Below, in pieces: positions 35,966 to 47,027 of a DNA stretch of 64,000 nt (the first letter of the stretch is position 1; every line of letters starts with the position of its first letter). Position numbers and translations under genes: made by a program. Origin of the DNA: Squalus acanthias. Taxonomy: Eukaryota. The DNA lies in the NCBI GenBank assembly GCA_030390025.1, contig CM059438.1, positions 64,110,001-64,174,000 on the forward strand, given 5' to 3'. The notes under the pieces are model-generated. The model saw nothing but the letters and a program-made list of their open reading frames with translations, was not told where the DNA came from and ran no database searches.

Positions 35966-37879
35966 TCTGTGTCTGTCTTCATGGAAGAAGACACAAAAAA
36001 CTTCCCAGAAATAGTGGAGAACCAAGGGTCTAGCGAGAATGAAAGAAATTAGTATTAGTAAAAAAATAGTACTGGAAAATTAAAGGGACTGAAAGCCAAT
36101 AAATCCCCTGGACCTGATGGCCTACATCCTAGGGTTTTGAAAGAGTTGGTGAAAGAGATGGTGGATGCATTAGTTGTCATTTTCCAAAATTCCATAGATT
36201 CTAGAACGGTTCCCGCGGGTTGGAAGGTAGCAAATGTAACCCCACTATTTAAGAAAGGAGGGAGAGAGAAAACGGGGAACTACAGAACTGTTAGCCTCAC
36301 ATCAGTAGTATGGAAAATGCTAGAATCTATTGTTAAGGATGTGGTAACAGGGCACCTGGAAAATAATAATAGGATTGGGCAGAGTCAACACGGATTTATG
36401 AAAGGGAAATCATGTTTGACAAATCTGTTAGAGTTTTTTGAGGTTGTAACTAGCAGAATAGATAAGGGGGAATCAGTGGATGTGGTGTATTTGGATTTTC
36501 AGAAGGCATTTGATAAGGTGCCACACAAGAGGTTATTAAACAAAATTAGGGCTCATGGGATTGGGCGGTAATATACTAGCATGGATTGAGGATTGGTTAA
36601 CGGACAGAAAACAGAGAGTAGGAATAAACGGGTCATTTTCGGGTTGGCAGGATGTAACTAGTGGGGTACCGCAAGGATCAATGCTTGGGCCTCAGCTATT
36701 CACAATCTACATCAATGATGTGGATGAGGGGACCAAATGTAATATATCCAAGTTTGCTGATGATACAAAGCTGGGTGGGAATGTAAGTTGTGAGGAGGAT
36801 GCAAAGAGGCTTCAAGGGGATATAGACAAGCTAAGTGAGTGAGCAAGAACATGGCAAATGGAATATAATGTGGAGAAATGTGAAGTTATCCACTTTGGTA
36901 GGAAAAATAGAAAAGCAGGGTATTTTTTAAATGGTGAGAGATTGGGAAATGTTGGTGTTCAGAGGGACCTGGGTGTCCTTGTATACGAATCACTGAAAGT
37001 TAACATGCAGGTATAGCGAGCAATTAGGGAAGCAAATGATATGTTGGCCTTTATTACAAGAGGATTTGAGTATAAGAGTAAAGATGTCTTACTGCAATTG
37101 TATAGGGCCCTAGTGAGACCACACCTGGAGTATTGTGTACAGTTTTGGTCTCTTTACTTAAGGAAGGATATACTTGCCATAGAGGGAGTGCAATGAAGGT
37201 TCATCAGACTGATTCCTGGGATAGGGGGATTGTCCTATGAGGAGAGATTGAGTAGACTAGGTCTATATTCTCTAGAGTTTAGAAGAATGAGAGGTGATCT
37301 CATTGAAACATAAACAATTCTTACAGGGCTTAACAGGGTAGATGCTGGGAGGATGTTTCACCTGGCTGGGGAGTCTAGAACCAGGGGTCACAGTCTCAGA
37401 ATAAGGAGTCGGCCATTTAGGACTGAGATAAGGAGAAATTTCTTCGCTCAGAGAGTGGTGAATCTTTGGAATTCTCTACCCCAGAGCGCTGTGGAGGCTC
37501 AGTCATTGAGTATATTCAAGACAGAGATCGATAGATTTTTGGATATGAAGGGAATCAAGGGATATGGGGATAGTGCAGGAAAGTGGAGTTGAGGTAGAAG
37601 ATCAGCCATGATCTTATTGAATGGTGGAGCAGGCTCAAGGGTCCAAATGGCCTACTCCAGCTCCTATTTCTTATGTTCTTATGTTTTGCATTCGGCGATA
37701 TGCAAAAGAGTTTGAGCGGAATTTGCGCCTGTTTCGCCGATTGCACCCAAAGCAGAAACTCTGCCCCAGTGACTGGGTCGCATAACATTACGCAGTAATA
37801 TGGGGTCCCATACACAAAATATTTAACATCCTATATGCACACCAAAAAAGTAAGACCCCCCCCCCCCCACTCAGGCATT

Positions 37880-38110
37880 CAGGAGAGAAGCTAGGAAACA
37901 TACAAATGGTGGTAGAAGTGTGGTACTCTCTCCAATGCTGGCTCAATTAATAACTTTAAATCTGAGATTGATAGATTTTTGCTGGCCAAGGGTATTAAGG
38001 GATATGGAGCCAATAAGGGTAGATGGAGTTAGGATACGGATCAGCCAAGGTCTCATTGAATAGCAGAACAGGCTCAAGGGGCTGAATGGCCTACTCCTGT
38101 TCCTAGGTTC
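37880..38110 (+). mobile_element. Short CR1 3' end
   Basis: GAGATTGATAGATTTTT...AAGGGATATGG...GGCCTACTCCTG as in other CR1 tails. Confidence 0.75.
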
Positions 38111-38552
38111 ATACACATCAAAATGCGAGGAGCGCCCTCCCCCATAGCATGGGAAGTTGGAAGCTTCAGCTCTTTTAAAAAACTTCCTGGTGAAGGCTGC
38201 TCCCCGATTGTTAAAAATCCACCAACCAGGAGGGAGCCTATTCCATTCCTCCAGACCCGGGAACTTTAAAAGACCTAAAAATCCAGGAGTGCTGAAGTTG
38301 GGTGTGAGCACGGAAACAGCAAGAGCTTCGCCGCTCAGGTCAAGGGAGTTGGCACTCGCAACTGACACGGGCGACGCCTTGGACCGTCCTGCCCCAAGAC
38401 CTCGTGTTTCATCAGAAGACCTTTAGGGGTGAGTTTCGTTCTGGCTGGCCTGCATAATTAACCTTCAAAAGCTCGTCGACTGATATCAGACGGGGCTGTG
38501 AGAAGAGAAACAGTTTTGAATGTACGTGACTCTTAGTTGGCAGTCAAGAGTG

Positions 38553-38925
38553 ACAACAACAACAACTTCATTTATATAGCGCCTTTAACGTAGTAAAACG
38601 TCCCAAGGCGCTTCATAGGAGCATTATCAAACAAAATTTGACACCGAGCCACATAACAAGATATTAGGAGATAGGTTTTAAGCAACGTCTTAAAGGAGGA
38701 GAGAGAGGCGGAGAGGTTTAGGAAGGGAATTCCAGAGTTTAGGGCTTAGGCAGCTGAAGGCAAGTCCGCCAATGGTGGAGCGATGAAATTCGGGAATGTG
38801 CCAGAGGCCTGAATTGGAAGAGCGCAGAGCTCTCAGAGGGTTGTAGGGCTGGAGGAGGCTACAGTGATAGGGAGGGGCGAGGCCATGGAGGGATTTGAAA
38901 AGAAAGAGGAAAATTTTAATTTCAG
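38553..38925 (-). mobile_element. L2 3' fragment
   Basis: FKSLHGLAPPY...PKLWNSLPKPLR and (CAA)n tail. Confidence 0.87.
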
Positions 38926-39460
38926 TGAACAGGGAATGCTTTTCACTTAGTAGCACCATCAAGCACTCTCAAATCACGAGGTGCCGGTCAGGTGCAACAC
39001 ACGACACTTTGGTGCGGTGCCTCAGTTTCCGCCTTGCAAGCTCAGTCCCCGCTGAACTAATGCGACATTTTCACTATGTGCATTCACGATCCTTGTGTTG
39101 TCATTAACGGCATTCCGACTGCCACAAGGGACTTTTAAAATGTTGAACAAGCTGCAGCTGGATCACTTGAGCAGGGACAGTGTGTGAGCTTAGCACGAGT
39201 GTGTTTCAGCATTATTGGATCATTTAGCATGAGGCTTTCTCCTCTCTTGTCTCATTACTATGCTAAGGTGACACCACTGTAAGGTAAGAGTGGAGCAGAC
39301 ACTTAGCCTGCAGGTCACGGGACTGTTGAAATGAGCTAAATATTTATCTCTGGCTCTTGTCCAGATAACCGAGGACTGCTGCAAAACCTTGGCAAACTCT
39401 TGGGGGAACCATCTACTTTTTGTAGTTGCAGTTTGCTCCTAATGCTTTCCTGAACTCATT

Positions 39461-40237
39461 CGGGCCGAAATTTGCTTACGCCCCATCTGGGGGCGGTAAC
39501 CGAATTATCGCCAGAGATTTAGCGGCCGGCGCGCAAGTACCGCCCCAGCGAGGAAGTGGAGCGCTATCTCGGAGGCTCCACTTCCTCTCGGGGCGGTGTC
39601 AGGGGCGCAAAGCGCGGTACCTGGCCACTCTGCGTAGCGCTGACGTGTTTCAGTGCCCTTCCCCTTCCGTTAAAGGGGAGGGACGCTGCGAGCTCTGCGG
39701 GGCCTCCGATGGCCCACACTAGCCCACCAGGGCGGCGTGGTGCCGTGGCTGTAGCCCGGCACCGAGACGTGGTGCCAGGCTGCGCGATGGCGGCCACGCA
39801 CCACTCCAAGGGCCGCCACGGAGGGCCGAGCTGGAGGTCGGCCAAAAAAAATAAAATGGCGGCGCAGATCGCGACCGCACCTCCCTTTAATTAGCGCCCT
39901 GCGAGCGGAGGTCGTCCCGGCTCGTGACCCGCGAGGCTGGCGCTGACACTGCCCACGGCAGCCTCACAGGGCGCAGCCGAATTTCTGCCACGAGGAGGTA
40001 AGGGGTCGCGGTGGGGCGCTAAGGGGTCATGGCGCAGGGTGATGACAACATCGCCGCCAGCTCAATGGCCGGGGCACTACCGGCGGGGGGCGCGGCACTA
40101 TCAGCTAGCACCTCAGTAGCGCCCCGCTGAATTCTCGGGAAGGCGCAATCCTCCGCACGGGCGATAAGCCCTTTGCACCCCATTAACGCCCCCCGGAGAC
40201 ACTAATGGCGGGCGCAAAGGAGCAGAATTTCGGGGCC
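39461..40237. mobile_element. GC-rich PIF/Harbinger-type MITE
   Basis: Ends CGGGCCGAAATT / AATTTCGGGGCC, flanks ATT / ACT; colinear with 46224-46977 (CCCC..C.TTAAAGGGGAGGG, AAAATGGC..C...CCTCCCTTTAA). Confidence 0.8.
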
Positions 40238-40761
40238 ACTGACTCTTGTCGTGCCATGGCTCCTCAGGCACTGGCAGCCCCCAGCTCCGTAACCAGTGAT
40301 TATTCGTCAGTATTGGCCAAGACATAGTGAGGTCAATTTTAACCTGGAGTAATGCATGGATTTGGGTGAGGGTGGAGGGCGAAAAACAGGGAAAGTGCGA
40401 GCGCGTTGGGCAGCCGGCTCCAACCCATCGACTTTCGGGTTCAACCCCGAATGCTTTAGGCTGCTTGCCTGCAACCCCCTTGGGAGAGGCGGGTTGCCTA
40501 TTAACATCTGCTAATCGCTCAATTAGAGCGTTATTTCAACTCACTTTCAAACATAATGGCGCATCCATGGGTCTCCCAGGCTTCCTGAAACTCGCCAGTG
40601 AAGGCAAGGCGAGAGCACAGCGGCAATTGAGGGGGTTGAATCAAACGCATGGAAATACTGCAATAAATACTCAGTACCCATAGCTGCTCTATGAACCTAT
40701 GCCATTCTGACTCAGAGGCAAGATGTGCTACTCACTGAGCCACAGCTGACAACTTAGAGTC

Positions 40762-41110
40762 AGTATGAAGGGGTTTGATACGGTGGATGTGCAGAGACTG
40801 TTTCCAATTGTGGCTGAGTTCAGAAAAAAGGGGCACAAATCTAAGACAGCCATTAAAAGATCAAATGAAGAATTTAGGAGGAATTTACACAGAGAGTGGT
40901 GAGAATCTGGAACTCACTGTCACGTGGAGTGGTTAAAGCTGATAGCATTGATGCATTTAAGGGAAGGCTTGATGCATGCATGAGGGAGAAGGTAATAGAG
41001 GGATATGGAGCCAGGGTGTGTAGAGATAATTAGAGTGGGAGAGGCACGTTTGCAGTATAAACGCATACATAGATCAGTTAGGCCTGTTTCTGTGCTGTGG
41101 TTTCTACGTA
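40762..41110 (+). mobile_element. Degraded CR1 3' end
   Basis: CACAGAGAGTGGTGAGAATCTGGAACTCACTG and GGCCTGTTTCTGTGCTGT blocks. Confidence 0.72.
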
Positions 41111-41177
41111 ATTTACTGGTTTTGTCTTTATGTGCTGTTACTCATTAGCTGAGCTAATTTAATTGAGGTGTAATCAC

Positions 41178-42086
41178 AATAACTTGCCCTTATATAGTGC
41201 CTTTAATGTAGTAAAGCATCCCAAGGCGCTTCACAGGAGCGTTATCAAAGAAAATTTGACACCGAGCCACATAAAGAGATATTAGGACAGCTTTTAAGGA
41301 GCGACTTAAAGGAGAGAAGGAGGTAGAGATGCGGAACAATTTAGGGAGGGAATTCCAGAGCTTATGGTCTAGTTAACTGAAGGCACATAGGATTACATAG
41401 GATATACGGCACAGAAACAGGCCATTCGGCCCAACCAGTCCATGCCGACGTTTATGCTCCACTCGAGCCTCCTCATCTAAATCTATCAGCATTATCCTCT
41501 ATTCCCTTCTCCCTCATATGTTTGTCCAGCCTCCCCTTAAATGCATCCATACTATTCGCTTCAACCACTCCCTGTGGTAGCGAGTTCACATTCTCACCAC
41601 TCTTTGGGTAAAGTAGTTCCTCCTGAATTCCCTATTGGATTTCTTGGTGACTATCTTATATTGATGGCCTCTAGTTATGCTCTTCCCCACAAGTGGAAAC
41701 ATTCTCTCTATTAGGTCGCCCCTCAGCCTTCTTTTTTCAAGAGAAAAGAGACCCAGCCTGCTCATCCTTTCCTGATATGTATACCCTCGCATTTCTGGTT
41801 TCATCCTTGTAAATCTTCTCTGCACCCTCTCCAGTGCCTCTATATCCTTTTTATAATATGCTGACCAGAACTGTACGCAGTACTCTAAGTGTGGTCTAAC
41901 CAAGGTTCGATACAGGTTTAGCATGACTTCCCTACTTTTCAATTCTATCCCTCTAGAAATAAACCCTAGTGCTTGGTTGGCATTTTTAATGGCCTTGCTA
42001 ACCTGTGGCATGGCCACCAATGGTGGAGCAATGAAAATGGAGAATGCACAAGAGGCCAGAATTGGAGGAGCGCAGAGATCTCGGAT
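41178..42086 (-). mobile_element. L2 3' fragment split by a CR1 insertion
   Basis: L2 sequence stops at CTGAAGGCA (41385) and resumes at TGGCCACCAATGG (42011). Confidence 0.8.
41386..42006 (-). mobile_element. CR1 3' fragment
   Basis: ANQALGFISRGIE...LVRPHLEYCVQFWS...FTQRVVRM; CATAGGATTACATAGG tail. Confidence 0.9.
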
Positions 42087-42847
42087 GAACACTTTAATTA
42101 TGGATCAGAAAACCAGCATAAAATGCAATGGTGTGATCATTGTCAATGCTGATCCTTTAGGGTTTGGAAAACCAACCTCTCCAACCGAAGTAAAGTGAGT
42201 CTGGGGAGGAAAGAAAGAAACAACACATTTATAGAAATTCTTATCATATCTCCCAGAAACAGCACTTCACATACAATGAATTATTTTGACGTTTAGTAAG
42301 TAAATACGTCAGTCACTTTGCACACTGCAAGGTTCCACAAACTGCAATGAGGTGAATGAGCAATTAATTTGCTTTTGGAGGTGTTGGTTGAGGGGTTCTA
42401 GACAAGACACCTGGAGAACTCCCTTCTCTACTTCTAATAGTGCTGTGGGATCCTTAACCTCCATCTGAACAAGCAAACAGGGCATCTGAAGGTCCTGTGA
42501 CATTTTTGTTTAATTTTGACTTATTGGCCGTCCCTTCCAATTCAGTTACAAAGCACAAGGGGCGGAAATTTATGCAAAGATTCTCCCGCTTGTCTGCTGT
42601 AATTCAGCAGAAGAGCTGAGGAAATCCCTGAGAATGAAGTAAACATCATTTACGTCATTTTCTTGGTTTTCTTGGCTGTGCCTCCAAAGTTGCAATGGTC
42701 AAGTTGGAGAAACCCCGTGGAAATTCATCCCCAATAAATTGAAAAGCTAGCTGCAGTTAAATTCCATGTCCCCAGCCTTAATTCATATACAGGTGGCGAT
42801 GTTCGGTTGCTTGTCTCCAAGGCTGCAGGCTTGAGAGAAGAACCAAG

Positions 42848-44081
42848 TGTAAGATGTGTAAATTTTTACTCCAGTCTAACAGTACTTAGTGTTCGGACCC
42901 TTATTGGAACAGACAACTCGACACAAGGATTTCAGGGTAACTATTCTTTACTTAAAATCAACAGCGATTACAAGCAAGTACAAGCATACATACATACTAA
43001 CACCAGCGAGTGATCAGTTCGGCGGTGACTCGTAGGTTCTCTTCTCTGGCAACCGATCAAGTCGCCCGACTCACTGCGGCAGCCCCGAGCGTCTTTTGAC
43101 TGCACTTTTTATACCCCAAAACTTAGCAGACCGCCCAATGCGTGCATGTCCCAAACCTTCTTCTTCTCTTCTTAGGCAGTCCCGCGGAACCAAGGATGAC
43201 TTGCTTCCACACTAAAAATGAGTTCTCAGATGACTGATGAGTCCAATGCGGGACCTACAGTCTCTGTCACAGGTGGGGCAGACGGTGGTTGAAGGGGCGG
43301 GTGGGTGGGGTGCTTGGGCTGACGTGCGCTCCTTCCGCTGTTTGCGCTTAGCTTCCGCTTGCTCCCGGCGAAGAAACTGGAAGTGTTTGGCGCCTTCCCG
43401 GATGCTTCTCCTCCACTTTGTGCGGTCATGCACCAGGGATTCCCAAGTGTCGGTGGGGATGTTGCACTTTTTCAAGGAGGCTTTGAGGGTGTCGTTGAAG
43501 CGTTTTCTCTGCCCACCTGGGGCTCTCTTGCCGTGTCAGAGCTCTGAGTAGAGCGCTTGTTTTGGGAGTCTCGCATCGGGCATGCGGACGATGTGGCTCG
43601 TGCGTTGGAGCTGATCGAGCGTGGTCAAAGCTTCGATGCTGGGGGTGTTGGCCTGAGCGAGAACACTGACGTTGGTGCGCCTATCCTGCCAATGGATTTG
43701 CAGGATCTTGCGGAGGCAGCGTTGGTGGTACCTCTCCAGTGCTTTGAGGTGCCTGCTGTACATGGTCTATGTCTCTGCAGCATACAGGAGGGCGGGTATC
43801 ACTACTGCTTGTAGACCATGAGCTTAGTGCCGGGTTTGAGGTCCTGGTCTTCAAACACTCTCTTCCTCAGGTGACCAAAGGCTGCACTGGCACACTGAAG
43901 GCGGTGTTAGACTTCGTCATCGACGTCTGCCCTTGTTGACAGTAGGCTCCCGAGATATGGAAAGTGGTCCACGTTGTCCAAGGCCTTCGTCCGCAGCATA
44001 AAGAACAGAAAAACCTTTCCATTCATTACTTTAAGTAGTGGAATTTTCCTCTGCCTCCACAGAATCTTTCTCCCATCTACA
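42848..44081 (-). mobile_element. Possible short solo LTR interrupted by an RTE
   Basis: Starts TGTAAGATG, candidate end CATCTACA; minus-strand TATAAAAA at 43106-43113 and AGTAAA at 42947-42952; flanks CCAAG / AAAAG are not an exact TSD. Confidence 0.45.
43157..43986 (-). mobile_element. RTE-clade LINE 3' fragment
   Basis: LERYHQRCLRKILQIHWQD...RMPDARLPKQALYSEL...CPTCDRDCRSRIGLISHLRTH; (CTT)n tail; same family as 27160-27530. Confidence 0.93.
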
Positions 44082-44587
44082 AAAAGTGGGACAGTGCCAC
44101 AACATCAGACTCTGTTCAGACAATCAAGCAACTCCATTTAACACTAAATCAACAAGATAATAAATAACAGTAACATTACAAATATTTACAGTAGAAATGA
44201 TCTAGCTATTTCAAAGGAGTGCAACAAATATTTGCAATCGCTATAACAAATTATTATTAATTTGAATCAATATTTTATGTACACAATGATTTTTTTCTTC
44301 CTCACCATTGTATGAGCTACACTAGTGTGACCTAGGTCTTCAAGTCTCTAAAACGATTCTTCTTGATTTAACCAATTGAGGGGTCACAGTCTCAGGATAC
44401 GGGGTAGGACATTTAGGACTGAGATGAGGAGAAATTTCTTCACTCAGAGGGTGGTGAACCTGTGGAATTCTCTACCACAGGAGGCTGTGGAGGCCAAGTC
44501 ACTGAATATATTTAAGAAGGAGATAGATAGATTTCTGGACACAAAAGGCATCAAGGGGTATGGGGGGAGAACGGGAATATGGTATTG

Positions 44588-47027
44588 TGTAAGGGTTTGC
44601 GTGCGTGTCTCTCAGCCTGTGAGATTCGCGCGGCTCTGTGCAGCCTGTATGTCAGTGCGGGTTTAGGCCTTGTTGCCTGTTCTGGTCTCCAGCCAGTCTG
44701 GGAACACTAGACACACCTGTGAGTGGTTCGAATCACTCGCCCTTACGGTTCTAGACACTGGACTTAGATGCGAGAGCAGTAATGGAGATGAAACTCATGT
44801 AGACTCGGTTGAATGGTACGAAATGGAAAAATCTTTATTGCATAATATTTAAGATTACGAAATACATGTCATAAGCACAGATTAATGACAGTACAATCTT
44901 ACACGCAGTTATGTAGCTAATTCTAGGGAAACGAGGAACGAACGACACACCGTAAATGGGGGCACACATTACAAGTATCCTTAATACTTAAACCCTCCCC
45001 TATCAATATCTGTCCTAGCTAGATTCGTAGGATTCGAGACTCATGCTCACCACTCGTGATAACTCGGAGAAATTCCGAATAGCTGATCGGATGTTTTCAC
45101 CGCAGCACCCACGTGTCGATCAGGGGGTCTCCTGGCCCCACTTGTTTACTTGCTTCTGCTCCGGCTAGCAGGCTGGAACGTCTGTTGTTATGAAGATCTG
45201 TGTTGGTTGGTTTCACGTACCAGTCAACACTTAAGAGAATAATCTCTCGGTGTCCGTCATGAGGATCTGCCCTGATGGGTTTCACAGATCAGTCAATATC
45301 TCAAAGAAGAATCTTCCGGGGTCCGTTCTTTAAAGTTCAAAGAAGTCTTCCTGGCAAGGAGAAATGTCTATTCGACCTACAGGCGCGGTCGGGGCTTACT
45401 GACCGTGGCGCTAAGTATGGTCTTCGTCTCTTCTCATCTCATCTCATCTCTTCTCGGGCCTTTGGTTCCGATGCCGGTTACCAACACAGGTCTTCGTGAC
45501 ACGACACGAGGTAGATCCGAACGGATCACAAAGTTCAACAGTCTTTTAAAAGAGACACCAGGCAAGCAGGAACAAGACGGCGAGTCAAGAACACAGGAGC
45601 AGCCACGAGGATGAACACCAGCAAGATAAGAGGATAAGAGAAAGATGGACGGTTGGAGCTTGTAATTATAGTACAAAATCTTCCGTTTCCCGCCCAACCT
45701 TAATGCCTTTTCTTTTGTTTGGGTTTGGCGCTCAAATGTCTTGTATAGGTGATCTCCATTTTTAATGGGTTTCGGGGCTACTCGTAAATGTCTGAGTACC
45801 TGTTAATATTTCTCCCATTGTTTAATCGGTCGGTATTCTCCCTGGAGGGGTTTTGGGGCTTCCAAGTGTTTTCTGTAACTACCCGCTAACGGCTCTCTCA
45901 TCGTAGAGTCGTTGGGATTTTACATATTAATGTCTTTGGATGGGCCCTTGATTACTTGGTACAATAGCCTTTATTCGTACCCGGGAGACCGATTTCAGTA
46001 TCTATGTGTATACTGCAAACCCATGATGTCTCGTGTATTATCTTCAATGTGCTGAATCTTAATCGATCTTGCACAAATGTTTATTGGAACGCCATCTTGT
46101 CTGTCTGTCGAAAAGTCTAGAATGTTCCGCCACGAGGTGCGGCGGCCATTTTACAGGCTGCTTGTGTCCACTTTGAAAACCTGACAGCATTCTGCTGAAA
46201 TAAAGCTGTTTGAACGAAACTATGGGGTAAAAATTGAGTCGCGCCCCATTTGGGGCGCTAACCTCGCCGGGGCGCGACTTTTAGCGCCCCGAAAAAATTA
46301 GCGGCCCCACGCCGGAACTTCAGTGGTTGCGCCCCAAGAGGGAAGCGGGGCGCCACTGGAAGCACCCCGCATCCCTCTTGGGGCGCTGCGAGTGAATATC
46401 CTGGTGGTGCTGCGGCACGTCGCGCCGCGGTATTGCCGGCCTTCCTCCCCTTCTTAAAGGGGAGGGACCCTGCGCAGCGCGAACCGGGGCCCAGCTGGGC
46501 CCCCAGGGATCGGGAGTGCCGGCAAAAGAGCCCGGCACTCAAGAGAAGTGCCGGGCTCTTGGAGCGCAGCCGGCACTTCACGGTGGGGGGGCTTCACGGG
46601 GGCCGGGGACAGCAACGGGGGCAGGTGCTGGCAGGCGGCCAGCAACAAAAATGGCCGCCTGCCACCTCCCCTTTAAATATCGCCGCCCCGGCCGCACGTA
46701 CGCCTCCCTGAACCCGTCGGACATAGCGTCTGGCGGTAAATCAGGGGGCGCGACTGAAGATCACGGCCGGGGCGCGAGCGGGGTGCTGCGCACGGCGATG
46801 ACGTCATCGCCGGCGGCGCAGCGCCACAGGGCGCTACCGGCTGCCGCCGCCGCTAACCTCCCACTAAATTTTTCGGGAGGCGTGGGCGGCGCTGCGCCCG
46901 GGCGTTAGCTGCTTTACGCCCCATTAGCGCCCTCTTAAGGCGCTAACGGGAGGCGCAAGCAGCTGAATTTTTCCCCCTATGTGTTTTCTCCTTATTTATA
47001 ACATCGCGATATATTGCGAATTCTACA
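44588..47027 (-). mobile_element. Long solo LTR 1 (about 1.68 kb without its nested MITE)
   Basis: TGTAAG...CTACA termini, ATTG duplicated at 44584-44587 and 47028-47031, precise interruption of a CR1. Strand inferred from TTTATT at 44834-44839 shared positionally with LTR 2. Confidence 0.88.
46224..46977. mobile_element. GC-rich PIF/Harbinger-type MITE nested in LTR 1
   Basis: TIR GGGGTAAAAATT / AATTTTTCCCCC; TAT duplicated at 46221-46223 and 46978-46980. Confidence 0.9.

Larger units (their letters stand above)
32411..37592 (+). pseudogene. CR1 ORF2 (AP endonuclease + reverse transcriptase)
   Basis: [68 protein letters not shown]; multiple stops and frameshifts. Confidence 0.93.
31290..37685 (+). 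mobile_element. Near full-length CR1 LINE (ORF1 + ORF2, decayed) split by a Harbinger derivative
   Basis: ORF1, APE endonuclease, RT and ATGTTCTT tail in order; ORF2 resumes at 35969 (VSVF) exactly where it stopped at 33633 (LNKHF). Confidence 0.95.

Noticed and set aside
39426..40325. Overlapping Arg/Gly/Ala-rich ORFs and apparent CpG-island promoter (also 46258-46908, 26222-26653)
   Set aside because: They lie within GC-rich MITEs bounded by TIRs; ORFs reflect stop-codon scarcity.
45445..45466. Resemblance to the U2 snRNA 5' end (also a 12-nt antisense match near 47424-47435)
   Set aside because: Short, mismatched and not extendable; expected by chance.
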